From Candidatus Omnitrophota bacterium (GTDB taxonomy: Bacteria > Omnitrophota > Gorgyraeia > 1-14-0-20-64-10): a stretch of 64,000 nucleotides of DNA. The position numbers were made by a program, and so were the translations under genes. The stretch lies in NCBI GenBank assembly GCA_023248155.1, contig JAHFFE010000002.1, positions 42,263-106,262 of the forward strand, read 5' to 3'. Of the stretch, positions 40,529 through 49,459 are shown piece by piece; position 1 is the stretch's first letter, and the number at the start of each line of letters is the position of its first letter. The notes below the pieces were generated by a model. That model did not search any database. It saw only the letters and a list, made by a program, of their open reading frames with translations, and was not told where the DNA came from.

Positions 40529-41926
40529 TTAATTACCGGCGCCGGTATTGCGCGCCAGTGCGAAGAACGATTCGGCCACATCTTCGGCCACCTGCCCGTT
40601 GCGGATCAAATCCATGATGGAACGCTCCAGCGTGTACATCTTGGCGTTTCCACCGGTTTCAATCACGGAAGGCAGCTGGGAAAGAGTGCCGTTGCGGATA
40701 ATGTTCCGGCCGGCCGAGGTGGGCACGAATACCTCGGTGGCGAGTGCCAGCCCGCCCTCAAGCGCTTGTTCGCGCGGAATCAGGTACTGCGTCAAGACTC
40801 CCTGAAGACAGCTGGCCAGCTGGAAGGTTGCTTGCTGGCGCTGTTCCGGCGAGCAAATAGTCGCGAACCGGTCGATCGCCTGCACGGTGTTGGTGGCGTG
40901 GAACGACGCGAGCACCAGCGTGCCGGTTTCAGCCGCGTTGAGAACTACCTGCGCCGTTTCAGCGTCATCGACCTCACCGACGACAATGACATCGGGGTCC
41001 TGCCGCAGCGCGCGGCGCACGGCCTCGGCGAATGACAGCGTATCGGAACCCACCTCGCGCTGTTTGATCACCGCTTTTTTGTTTTGGTGAATATATTCAA
41101 TCGGCCGCTCCAGGCAGATGACGATGGCATCGCGATCTTCGTTGATCTGTTCCACCAGGCTGTTGAGCGTCGTTGTTTTTCCGGACCCCGTCGGGCCAAC
41201 CACCAGAATCAGGCCGCTGTTTTTGCGCGTCCAGTCAATGACTACCGACGGAAGCCCCAGTTTTTCCCAATGGGTTACTTTCGCCGGGATACTGCGGATT
41301 GCTGTCTCGACCTGGCCGCGCTGCCAATGCACATTCAGGCGGAACCGTTGCGTGACCGAGATCGAGTAGGCCAGATCCATCTCCCGCTGTTTCTCAAACA
41401 TGCAGATCTGCTCATCGGACATGACACTATAGACCAGCGAACGGATCTCGCCGGGTTTCAAAATTGGAAACTTCATCGGCTTGAGCCGTCCGCGCACGCG
41501 CGCGATCGGCGGGCTGTTCGTGGTTAAATGCAGGTCGGAACCGCCCATTTTGATTAATTCTTCCAGCAGGTTGCGGATATCCATCGTTTCCAGCCGCTGC
41601 AAGATTTCGATGGCGCTGGAAGGATCGATTCTTTCGAACTGCAGGCCAAGCCAATATTTTTGCGCCGGGATTTTTTCTTCCACGCGAATGACGCGGCAGT
41701 TGGCCAGCAATGTTTGATTGTACCCGGGAACATGCAGCTGCAACCGTATCGCCGCGCCGATTTCCACAGGGGAAGCGGTGTTAATGAGCGCGCCGGTTGA
41801 GCTGACATTAACGGTGGTGGAGGGAAGCAGTACTCCGAAAGGAGCACCGTCTTTCAGCAGCTGATACGCTGCCACATAGGCCAGTTGGGCGCGATACGCG
41901 CGCGATGTTTCAGTAGTGTTCGCCAT
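40529..41926 (-). CDS. PilZ-domain PilT/PilU-family ATPase (degenerate motifs)
   Basis: N-terminal NVSSTG PilZ motif; GSDLH, GPTGSGKTTT, ALRQDPDV. Confidence 0.88.
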   Translation of the reverse strand: MANTTETSRAYRAQLAYVAAYQLLKDGAPFGVLLPSTTVNVSSTGALINTASPVEIGAAIRLQLHVPGYNQTLLANCRVIRVEEKIPAQKYWLGLQFERIDPSSAIEILQRLETMDIRNLLEELIKMGGSDLHLTTNSPPIARVRGRLKPMKFPILKPGEIRSLVYSVMSDEQICMFEKQREMDLAYSISVTQRFRLNVHWQRGQVETAIRSIPAKVTHWEKLGLPSVVIDWTRKNSGLILVVGPTGSGKTTTLNSLVEQINEDRDAIVICLERPIEYIHQNKKAVIKQREVGSDTLSFAEAVRRALRQDPDVIVVGEVDDAETAQVVLNAAETGTLVLASFHATNTVQAIDRFATICSPEQRQQATFQLASCLQGVLTQYLIPREQALEGGLALATEVFVPTSAGRNIIRNGTLSQLPSVIETGGNAKMYTLERSIMDLIRNGQVAEDVAESFFALARNTGAGN

Positions 41927-42003
41927 GAACTCGGTTGATTAGTATGCTATCGAACGAAACCGGATTTGACAAGCGAAAATAAAAAAACCGCACGGAAACA
42001 TTC

Positions 42004-43446
42004 TTAGCTTGAATAGGTGATAACCACCCGCCCGACGGCGCCGTTATTGGATCCGGACGGAGATCGGGCAAACCAGCCGCATCCTCCGCCTCCGGGAGCT
42101 ACGCCGTCTGTTCCGATAAAGCGTGAACTGTTCAATTCACCAACGCTTCCGGCGCCACCATTTCCTCCGCTTCCTCCCGCCCGTTGGTATAATGTAAAAA
42201 ACGGCGCTATGGCATCCTGGCCCGAAATATTAAATGTTGCCGTACTGGTTCCGCCTCGTCCTACAATAGCTCCTTCAATTCCTCCAGAGCTTCCGCCTCT
42301 TCCGCCTGTAGCGCTAACAGCAGGGGGAACATTCAGTCCTGTTACGGAGGAGGTGCCGCCGTTGCCTCCGGTATTTGAATTTGTTTTCTGACCTGTTCCT
42401 CCGGCACCGACCGTGATGGTCAAAACGGCTCCAGGTGTTACCGTCGCGAGTTGTCTGCCGTAACCTCCACCTCCACCTCCGTGACCAAACTGAGCGCCGC
42501 CAGCGTTGGGGCTTCCGCCACCGCCACCTCCACCTCCCCAAACTTCAACTGTGACTCCTGTTACTCCGGCCGGTACAGTCCAGTTCGTTGCTCCGGCTGT
42601 GCCAAATACCACTTGCGTTGTCAGGCCTACGCTTCCGCTTACGGAGGCTAAAATAGTAGTCCATGCTGTTCCGTTGTAGAGATTTAATTGGTTCGTAGTG
42701 GTGTTGTAAATTATCAGCCCGGCTACTGGACCGGCAATCGCGTTCCGCTCGGCCGTGATCATTCGAGGAGGGAGAAACCCCTTTGTCGTAGAAGTCAGAT
42801 CCAATGCCGCCGATGCGGCCGGCGCCGCCGTTCCGATCCCCACATTCCCGCCCAGAGGGTTCAACACCAGGTTTCGGAAAGCCACATTCTGTGACTCCGC
42901 TTGAATGTAGCCGGTATTGGTAAAGTTGGTGCTGTCGTAATCCCGGTTGAACCCCAGCGCTAGGCCTCCATTCCCCGCAGCGAGGCTCGGCGTGTTCAGA
43001 TAAATGCCGCTTTGCCCGTTCGCTGAAATCCGCGCCCCGCTGGCCCCAGCTACATCCAACGCGTAAGCGGGGGCCGCCGTCCCAATCCCAACCCGTATTC
43101 CCGGAGTTCCCGGCACTCCAGCGTTGTCTGCTCCAGACGAGAAAATGACATTACTGATGGCGTCATCGGCCCCCACCACATGCAGCGGTCCCTGCGGGTT
43201 GGTAGTCCCGATACCCACTGGACCTACGATGAACGCCGCGCCATTGTTTAGAGGAGGGGTTGGCGTTGCCTCAAAATCGGTTCCGACCGTTAAGCTTTGG
43301 AGATGTTGATTGCCTGTGTTGGACGAAGAGGGGTAGTAGGTGACCAGTTCGACGGTTTCCGCCCACGCGTAACCGGCGAGGATGCCAATGATGAGGAATA
43401 AAAACAATGCGTTGCCGCTGGAAAACCTGCTTTTAATTTTTATCAA
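42004..43446 (-). CDS. Exported fibre/adhesin-like protein with VGIGT repeats and a Gly-rich C-terminal domain
   Basis: Hydrophobic leader, LVTYYPS, three VGIGT repeats, WTVPAGVT..EVWGGGGGGG. Confidence 0.8.
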   Translation of the reverse strand: MIKIKSRFSSGNALFLFLIIGILAGYAWAETVELVTYYPSSSNTGNQHLQSLTVGTDFEATPTPPLNNGAAFIVGPVGIGTTNPQGPLHVVGADDAISNVIFSSGADNAGVPGTPGIRVGIGTAAPAYALDVAGASGARISANGQSGIYLNTPSLAAGNGGLALGFNRDYDSTNFTNTGYIQAESQNVAFRNLVLNPLGGNVGIGTAAPAASAALDLTSTTKGFLPPRMITAERNAIAGPVAGLIIYNTTTNQLNLYNGTAWTTILASVSGSVGLTTQVVFGTAGATNWTVPAGVTGVTVEVWGGGGGGGGSPNAGGAQFGHGGGGGGYGRQLATVTPGAVLTITVGAGGTGQKTNSNTGGNGGTSSVTGLNVPPAVSATGGRGGSSGGIEGAIVGRGGTSTATFNISGQDAIAPFFTLYQRAGGSGGNGGAGSVGELNSSRFIGTDGVAPGGGGCGWFARSPSGSNNGAVGRVVITYSS

Positions 43447-43540
43447 ACAATCTCCCTGTTCGAATAAGTATACCCGATAAAAACGAGTATGAACAGCGGC
43501 GGTTGACAGCGTGAATTAGAGCGTGGTAGCTTCCTATACA

Positions 43541-44023
43541 ATGAACCGCTGGAGACCCGTTCTCACGATGATCGCCGCGCTGGCGGCCGGTTTTGCCATC
43601 GGCGCCGGGATCGGCTGGATCCACCGCCAATCGCGGCCGGCACCCGCTCCGGCGCTTCCGGCCCAAACCCAGTTTCGCATCAACGGCCTGATCGATATCC
43701 ATCCGAAATTCAAAAAAAGAGTCAAGCAGTCCGATGTTTTATTTCTCGTGGTTCGTCTTGAAGGGCAGGCCGTTCCGTACGCGGTTAAAAAAATAGCCCC
43801 GGTTTCTTTTCCTCTGCCATACGCGATTGGCCCCGAAGACCGGATGCTCGGAGAAGCGTCGGAACCGCTGAGTCCCGGCCGCAAAATCTCGCTGGCGGCG
43901 CGGCTGGACCACGACGGAGAAGTGTCTGCGAGTCCCGGGGATTTGGAGGGGAGCCCTGCCGAAGGATCATTCGAGTTGCCCGCCGATTCTCTGCATATTT
44001 TAATCGACCGCGTCGTGAAATAA
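43541..44023 (+). CDS. Membrane-anchored protein resembling the CcmH/CycH C-terminal Ig-like domain
   Basis: PYAVKK, FPLPY, ARLD.DG, PGDLEG. Confidence 0.7.
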   Translation: MNRWRPVLTMIAALAAGFAIGAGIGWIHRQSRPAPAPALPAQTQFRINGLIDIHPKFKKRVKQSDVLFLVVRLEGQAVPYAVKKIAPVSFPLPYAIGPEDRMLGEASEPLSPGRKISLAARLDHDGEVSASPGDLEGSPAEGSFELPADSLHILIDRVVK

Positions 44024-44056
44024 AGGGGGGAACTTTTTCCTGAACAAGGGGTCTTT

Positions 44057-44641
44057 ATGAGTGACGCGGAGCTGGTTGAACAAGCGCGTGCCGGAGACCG
44101 GCAGGCATTTGATCAACTGATGCAACGCTATGAGCGCGAAATGATCGGCGTGGCCTATCGAATGCTGGGCCACTCCGAAGACGCGGTCGATTTGGCACAG
44201 GAGGTGTTCTTGCGCGCCTGGCGCGGGCTCGGCCAGTTTCGCGGCGAAGCGTCGTTTCGCAGCTGGCTTTACCGGATCGCGCTCAATCTGGCGCGCAACA
44301 AACGCCGGTGGTACGCGCGCCATCGGATTGCTTCGATGGTTTCATTAAGCCCGTCCGACGAAGAGACCGAAGAAGGGGACCCTGCGCCGGTTGTACCGAT
44401 CGCTGACCCCTCGACGGATCCGCGTGCCGAGGCGCAGGCGAGTCAGTTTCAGGAAGCGGTGCGGCAGGCGTTGGAAAAACTTCCGGCGGAATTTCGGGAA
44501 ACGGTGATATTAAGGGATATTCAACAGTTGTCGTATGAGGAAGTCGCGCAAGCGACCGGACAACCGGTTGGAACGGTCCGGTCGCGGTTATCCCGCGGCC
44601 GGCATTTGCTGCGGGAAGCGTTAAAAGGAATTTATCCATGA
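44057..44641 (+). CDS. ECF sigma factor (RpoE/SigW-like)
   Basis: DLAQEVF, F.SWLYRIA.N, LSYEE, GTVRSRLSRGR. Confidence 0.95.
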   Translation: MSDAELVEQARAGDRQAFDQLMQRYEREMIGVAYRMLGHSEDAVDLAQEVFLRAWRGLGQFRGEASFRSWLYRIALNLARNKRRWYARHRIASMVSLSPSDEETEEGDPAPVVPIADPSTDPRAEAQASQFQEAVRQALEKLPAEFRETVILRDIQQLSYEEVAQATGQPVGTVRSRLSRGRHLLREALKGIYP

Positions 44642-45591
44642 ACTGTCAGCAGTGCAGCGAACATCTTTCGGCGTACCTTGACGGACTGCTGTCGGCCTCT
44701 GAGCGGCAGGCGCTGGAGAGCCATTGCGCCGGCTGCGCCCGGTGCGCGGCGGAACTCGCCGATCTTCAGAAAATCCTGATAGCGCTTCCTCAATTGCCGC
44801 AGCCGCCGGTTCCGGAAAATTTCCGCCGCCGTGTCTGGTCTGAGATCGACCGGAAAGGACGGCCGCTCGATTCCTGGCTCATTAAATTGCCGGTAGGCGC
44901 TTTGGCGACGGCGGCCGTTATTTTATTGGTCGCGCGGGTTTCGCAAGATACCATGCCGCAAATGAAGGAACAGGCCGTGCTTTCCGATGTTGCCGCTGCT
45001 CGTTTTGCCGAGCCGACTATGCGACAGCAGAAGGCAGCTCCGCTTGCTGAACAAGAAGAATCAGTATCTGCAAAGGTCATTAATCAAGATAAAAACAAAA
45101 TGGAGTTAAAAGACAAAGCCGATCGATCCGAAGAAACATTGGGAAAATCCCAATCGGTTTCAGCGGCCGCGTCGCCTCAATTAGCGCCGCAACAAAACAG
45201 GGCTTCTATGAAAATGTTGGAAACGGAAGATGGAGAACTTGTTTCTGGGAGGAAAATGTCCGCCGATAGTTCTTCGGCAGCCAGCTTGGTTGCCGATGGT
45301 TTGGAAGATAAAAAATCCAGTTTCGATTCTGCTTATGGCGAATCTGAGCGATGGTTTTTAAGAGTAGAAGATCCATCGGCTACGCAGGTTTTGGTTAGGC
45401 ATATCCTCCAAGAAATGAATGCTTTCAATATTCGGTCGATTTCGCCCTACATAACCGAATTTCAGGTCTCGTTCGGCCAACGCGATTCTTTAAAACAGTA
45501 TTTAAATGAACTGGGCGATCTTCAGCAAGTATCTTCGGAAGATTCCACAATCGAAACAATAACCATTATTGTTCTCCAGCGAACATCGTAA
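44638..45591 (+). CDS. zf-HC2 (ZAS) anti-sigma factor
   Basis: LSAYLDG..HCAGCARC, TM segment, ATGA overlap with the sigma gene. Confidence 0.9.
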   Translation: MNCQQCSEHLSAYLDGLLSASERQALESHCAGCARCAAELADLQKILIALPQLPQPPVPENFRRRVWSEIDRKGRPLDSWLIKLPVGALATAAVILLVARVSQDTMPQMKEQAVLSDVAAARFAEPTMRQQKAAPLAEQEESVSAKVINQDKNKMELKDKADRSEETLGKSQSVSAAASPQLAPQQNRASMKMLETEDGELVSGRKMSADSSSAASLVADGLEDKKSSFDSAYGESERWFLRVEDPSATQVLVRHILQEMNAFNIRSISPYITEFQVSFGQRDSLKQYLNELGDLQQVSSEDSTIETITIIVLQRTS

Positions 45592-45598
45592 ATTTTTG

Positions 45599-45646
45599 GG
45601 AACTTTTTCTTCCGCCCGGTGTCTGCATCAGTAGAAAAGGGAGGAA
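45599..45646 (+). promoter_or_regulatory. ECF-type promoter plus RBS, copy 1
   Basis: GGAACTT-N15-GTCT...GGGAGG; near-identical to 46938-46986. Confidence 0.85.
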
Positions 45647-45653
45647 TAAACCA

Positions 45654-45863
45654 ATGAAAATTCCAGCGTCAGTGTTAGCGGTCATGTTGGTTGGATTGGG
45701 AAGCGTCGGCGTGATGGGCTGTGCCGCGCACCAGACTCCGACTGAAAAAGCACCCAAAAATAAACCGGACTCTGTTGAGCCGGCTGCCAACCCCCAACCC
45801 GAAACACCGAATCGCCCGAGTCGTTCTGCCGGTTATGAGTGTCGTGCCTGCGGAATGGGATAA
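45654..45863 (+). CDS. ChrA-like RiPP precursor (lipoprotein signal, C-terminal CRACGMG)
   Basis: Lipobox VMGC; the C-terminus matches the CxACGMG motif of chryseobasin-type precursors; directly before a DUF692 gene. Confidence 0.88.
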   Translation: MKIPASVLAVMLVGLGSVGVMGCAAHQTPTEKAPKNKPDSVEPAANPQPETPNRPSRSAGYECRACGMG

Positions 45864-45865
45864 AA

Positions 45866-46738
45866 ATGGGGATTCCTCTCGTAGGGCTGTCGTTAATGCC
45901 GGAGGACCCCTTTCGTCAGGCGGCCTACCCTCTTTTTGAAGCGGGGGAAGTCGATGTTCTGGAATGGAGTTTTGATATGGGGTGGGCCGGCGCTCCGTTG
46001 CCTGAATGGATGGAGCAACTGCTCCATCTTTATGGGCAGCGGGGCCGCCTGCTGGGGCATGGAGTTTCATTTTCGCTCTTGTCCGGACAGTGGACCGACC
46101 GCCATCAGAGGTGGCTGCAATTATTATCGGAAGAAGCCACTCGCCACCGGTACCGGCATATCTCCGAACATTATGGATTTATGACGGCCGGAACTTACCA
46201 GAAAGGGGCTCCATTACCGGTCCCCAAAACTCCCGATACAGTTCGTCTCGGGCAGGACCGGTTGCGCCGGCTGGCCGAAGCGGCCGGATGTCCGGTCGGG
46301 CTGGAAAATCTGGCGTTTGCGTTTGGCGCTCATGATGTTTGGGATCAAGGTTCTTTTTTGGAAGAACTGCTGGAATCAGTGGATGGCTTTCTTCTGCTCG
46401 ATCTTCATAATCTCTACTGCCAGTCGGTAAATTTCAAAGCGCCTTGGACTGAATTAGTCGCGCAATACCCGCTCCATCGCGTTCGGGAGCTGCATCTTTC
46501 AGGCGGGTCCTGGTTCGCCGGTGAGCCGTCTTCCCGCTATGAACCGATCCGGCGCGATACGCACGATGGCGCTGTGCCCGAGGAACTTTTCGCTATGCTG
46601 CAGTCCATTTTGAAACGGGCTCCGGCGGTTGAAGCGGTAATTCTCGAACAGCTGGGCGATTCATTAGAGAGCGACGAATCGAAGGTTCGATTCCAGGCCG
46701 ATTACCGGAAAATTCGGGCGATTGTCCATGGACAATAA
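45866..46738 (+). CDS. DUF692 multinuclear non-heme iron oxidase (MNIO, ChrH-like)
   Basis: HGV, SEH, GLENL, LDLHN, ELHLSG, DTH, ILE. Confidence 0.93.
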   Translation: MGIPLVGLSLMPEDPFRQAAYPLFEAGEVDVLEWSFDMGWAGAPLPEWMEQLLHLYGQRGRLLGHGVSFSLLSGQWTDRHQRWLQLLSEEATRHRYRHISEHYGFMTAGTYQKGAPLPVPKTPDTVRLGQDRLRRLAEAAGCPVGLENLAFAFGAHDVWDQGSFLEELLESVDGFLLLDLHNLYCQSVNFKAPWTELVAQYPLHRVRELHLSGGSWFAGEPSSRYEPIRRDTHDGAVPEELFAMLQSILKRAPAVEAVILEQLGDSLESDESKVRFQADYRKIRAIVHGQ

Positions 46739-46934
46739 AACCTGCGAAGATAAAAACCTCGATAATTTCCAAAGCCGCTTGCTGGAGCTTATGCTGCAGC
46801 CGCTCTCGCAAGAACAGCGCTGGAGAGCTCTGAAAACAGACCCTCTTTTTATACCCTACCAGAACTACATCGCCTCATTTGATCCGCGCATGATGGAAGT
46901 GGCCGCGCAGATTATCCGGAAATGGACTGTTTAG
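46728..46934 (+). CDS. Small putative MNIO partner protein
   Basis: Overlaps the DUF692 stop; helical 68-aa ORF. Confidence 0.7.
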   Translation: MDNKTCEDKNLDNFQSRLLELMLQPLSQEQRWRALKTDPLFIPYQNYIASFDPRMMEVAAQIIRKWTV

Positions 46935-46937
46935 CCG

Positions 46938-46986
46938 GGAACTTTTTCCTCCGCCCGGTGTCTGCATTAGTAGAAAAAGGGAGGAA
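46938..46986 (+). promoter_or_regulatory. ECF-type promoter plus RBS, copy 2
   Basis: ggaactttttcctccgcccggtgtctgcattagtagaaaaagggaggaa. Confidence 0.85.
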
Positions 46987-46991
46987 CGACG

Positions 46992-48911
46992 ATGACTATT
47001 CAAACAAAGATTTTCGCGATTGCGGTGGCAGCGGTAGCGTGGATTACAGCCGGCCAGTCTTTTGCCGAGGCAACGACCGAGCCGTATTCATTGGAGCAGG
47101 GCCGTTATTCCGCGGTTGTCGACGGGGAAAAAGTTAAAATTCAGGCGGCGCTGGAATTCAAGGTGCTTGAAGACGGCCTGATCCAGATTCCGGTTTCGTT
47201 TGGCGGCGCCGAAATTCTGGATCTGAAATTATCCGGAGGATCCGCCGTGTTGGCGGTTGAGAACGACCAATACACGGTTCGGATTAGCCGCAAAGGAACC
47301 GTTCGGCTGACGGCCATGTTGATCGTGCCGTTGTCGCGCAATGCGGATCAGGAAGGGTTTTATCTCGAGATTCCGCAGGCGGTTTTTTCTTTCTGCACGG
47401 TCACGGTTCGGCGCGCCAGCGTGCAGTTAAGTCCTAATTATGCGGCCGCCGGAACCAGTCAGACCCGCGGCGATCAGACGATCATTACGCTGCCGTTGGG
47501 CTTAAAGCGGCAGGCCCAGGTTTTCTGGACGGTCCGCCCAATCCAGGAAACGCCGAAAACAACAGAACCGGTGGAGCCGGTTTATTTGGCGAATCTGCAG
47601 CTGCTGGGCACGCTGGAAGAAGAAACATTCCGTTGTTTGGCCACCGTTGATTTGCATCTGCTGCAGGGCGAATTAAAAACGGCTTTGTTCGAGCTGCCTT
47701 CGGGCTGGACCGTTACCGGGGTGCGCGGGGGTTCCGGCATTGCGGATTGGAAGACCGAGGCGGCCGGTTCGAATCAGCAGATCACGGTTATTTTCAACCA
47801 GCCGTTCAAGGAGGGGAACCTTCGTCTGCTGATTGATGCCGAACAACCGCTGAGCAGCGGCAGTGCCTCGGTTTCTTTGCCGAGTATTATTCCGGTCGGC
47901 GCAAAACGGTTAACGGGCCAATTGGCGCTGGCAACGGCCACGGCCATGGAATTGAAAGATCCGGTGATGGAAGGGGTCAAGCGGATCGATGTCCGGGAAT
48001 TGCCCGACGAATTGCGCGCGATGGCCAACGCGCCGGTCGTGGCGGCATTTCGTTATATGGAAGCCCCTTACCATGTGACGACCCAATTAATCCGTCCCGA
48101 AGAATTGCCGGTATTGGTGGCGATCGCTGAATCGGGAGAGTTAATCACGGTGGCTGCGCCGACGGGTGAAACCATTACGCGCGCGATTTATCAAATCCGT
48201 AATAACAAAAAAACAACGCTGAGCGTCACACTGCCGGCGGGGTCTACGCTCTGGTCGGTGCTGGTCGACCAGCGTCCGGTGAAGCCGTCGGCCGGACCGC
48301 GCGGGCAGATTCAAATTCCGATCATGAACAACCATGGTCCGGAAACGGTCTTCCCGGTGGAAATCGTCTATGTCCAGAAAACCGGTTCATTGAAATCGTT
48401 ACTTGGCCAAGTCCGTTACGAAGGTCCCGGCCTCGATATCCCGGTCACCGTTTCGTCCTGGAAACTGCTTTTACCCGACGGATTGATAAAGATCGGTTAT
48501 TCCGGCAATGTAGAAGCTGGTTTTTCGGTGAACACGGTGCCAGTCGAATTGGCTGCTTATCGCGATGTTTCGGCGAATGCGGCGCTCCGACGGGACTCTG
48601 CCCGATGCCAAAAAGTATTAGCCGCTGCTCCGGCAGCGCAGTCGTTGGCCGATTGCGAGTATAAGGTAAAGGAAGAATTTCAGGAGGTGGTTGGTAAAAC
48701 TCAGCAAACCGGCGTGCTGCCGTTCCGGATTTCAATTCCGCAGAGCGGCCGCGTTTACCGGTTTGGCCGGTTGCTGGCCGTCAACGAGCCGATGTCGGTC
48801 CAGATTAATTATGTCCGGACATCCGCAATGCCGTTCGCCAGCGGCGGAATGGTGTTTGTTGGATTGATGGGGCTGGCGGGTGTTGCCCGGCTGGTTCGTG
48901 CCAAGAAGTAA
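46992..48911 (+). CDS. Exported beta-rich protein with a C-terminal membrane anchor
   Basis: Signal peptide (SFA), C-terminal TM followed by RAKK. Confidence 0.8.
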   Translation: MTIQTKIFAIAVAAVAWITAGQSFAEATTEPYSLEQGRYSAVVDGEKVKIQAALEFKVLEDGLIQIPVSFGGAEILDLKLSGGSAVLAVENDQYTVRISRKGTVRLTAMLIVPLSRNADQEGFYLEIPQAVFSFCTVTVRRASVQLSPNYAAAGTSQTRGDQTIITLPLGLKRQAQVFWTVRPIQETPKTTEPVEPVYLANLQLLGTLEEETFRCLATVDLHLLQGELKTALFELPSGWTVTGVRGGSGIADWKTEAAGSNQQITVIFNQPFKEGNLRLLIDAEQPLSSGSASVSLPSIIPVGAKRLTGQLALATATAMELKDPVMEGVKRIDVRELPDELRAMANAPVVAAFRYMEAPYHVTTQLIRPEELPVLVAIAESGELITVAAPTGETITRAIYQIRNNKKTTLSVTLPAGSTLWSVLVDQRPVKPSAGPRGQIQIPIMNNHGPETVFPVEIVYVQKTGSLKSLLGQVRYEGPGLDIPVTVSSWKLLLPDGLIKIGYSGNVEAGFSVNTVPVELAAYRDVSANAALRRDSARCQKVLAAAPAAQSLADCEYKVKEEFQEVVGKTQQTGVLPFRISIPQSGRVYRFGRLLAVNEPMSVQINYVRTSAMPFASGGMVFVGLMGLAGVARLVRAKK

Positions 48912-48918
48912 AAAGAGT

Positions 48919-48965
48919 GGGCTCCCTGACCAGGTTTTCAGGGAGCCCGGTTCTTTGTTCTTTTT
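48919..48965 (+). terminator. Intrinsic terminator
   Basis: gggctccctga/tcagggagccc followed by a T-rich tract. Confidence 0.8.
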
Positions 48966-48997
48966 GATTCTCTGCGTGGTAAAATAACAGTTTGCCG

Positions 48998-49444
48998 ATG
49001 ACCTCCTTAGATCAGTTTTTTCAAAATCGCATTATTTGGTCTACGTTTGCCGCCTGGGTGATTGCTCAGGGGGCCAAGATGATGCTGTTCTTTCGGCAAA
49101 AACGGCGGTTTGATGTCCGCTGGATTACAGAAACCGGCGGCATGCCATCGGCCCACTCGGCCGGCGTGGCGGCGCTGGCGATGTCGGTCGGATTGACCGA
49201 CGGTGTTGGAACAACCACATTCGGCATCGCGCTGATTTTCGCGCTGGTTACGATGTTTGACGCGCAGGGTGTCCGCCGCGCGGCGGGCCGGCAGGCGGTT
49301 GCGTTTAATCTGATTATTGAAGAGTTATACGCCAAGGGCCATGTCAGCAACCAGCGTGTGCGTGAACTGCTGGGGCATACGCCGGTCGAGGTGTTGGTCG
49401 GCGCGCTGGTCGGGGCGTTAACAGCATGGGCCATTTGCCGCTAA
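48998..49444 (+). CDS. Divergent PAP2 (DUF212) protein
   Basis: GGMPSAHS, DAQGVRR, ELLGHTP. Confidence 0.93.
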   Translation: MTSLDQFFQNRIIWSTFAAWVIAQGAKMMLFFRQKRRFDVRWITETGGMPSAHSAGVAALAMSVGLTDGVGTTTFGIALIFALVTMFDAQGVRRAAGRQAVAFNLIIEELYAKGHVSNQRVRELLGHTPVEVLVGALVGALTAWAICR

Positions 49445-49459
49445 AGTGAAAGAGTAAAG

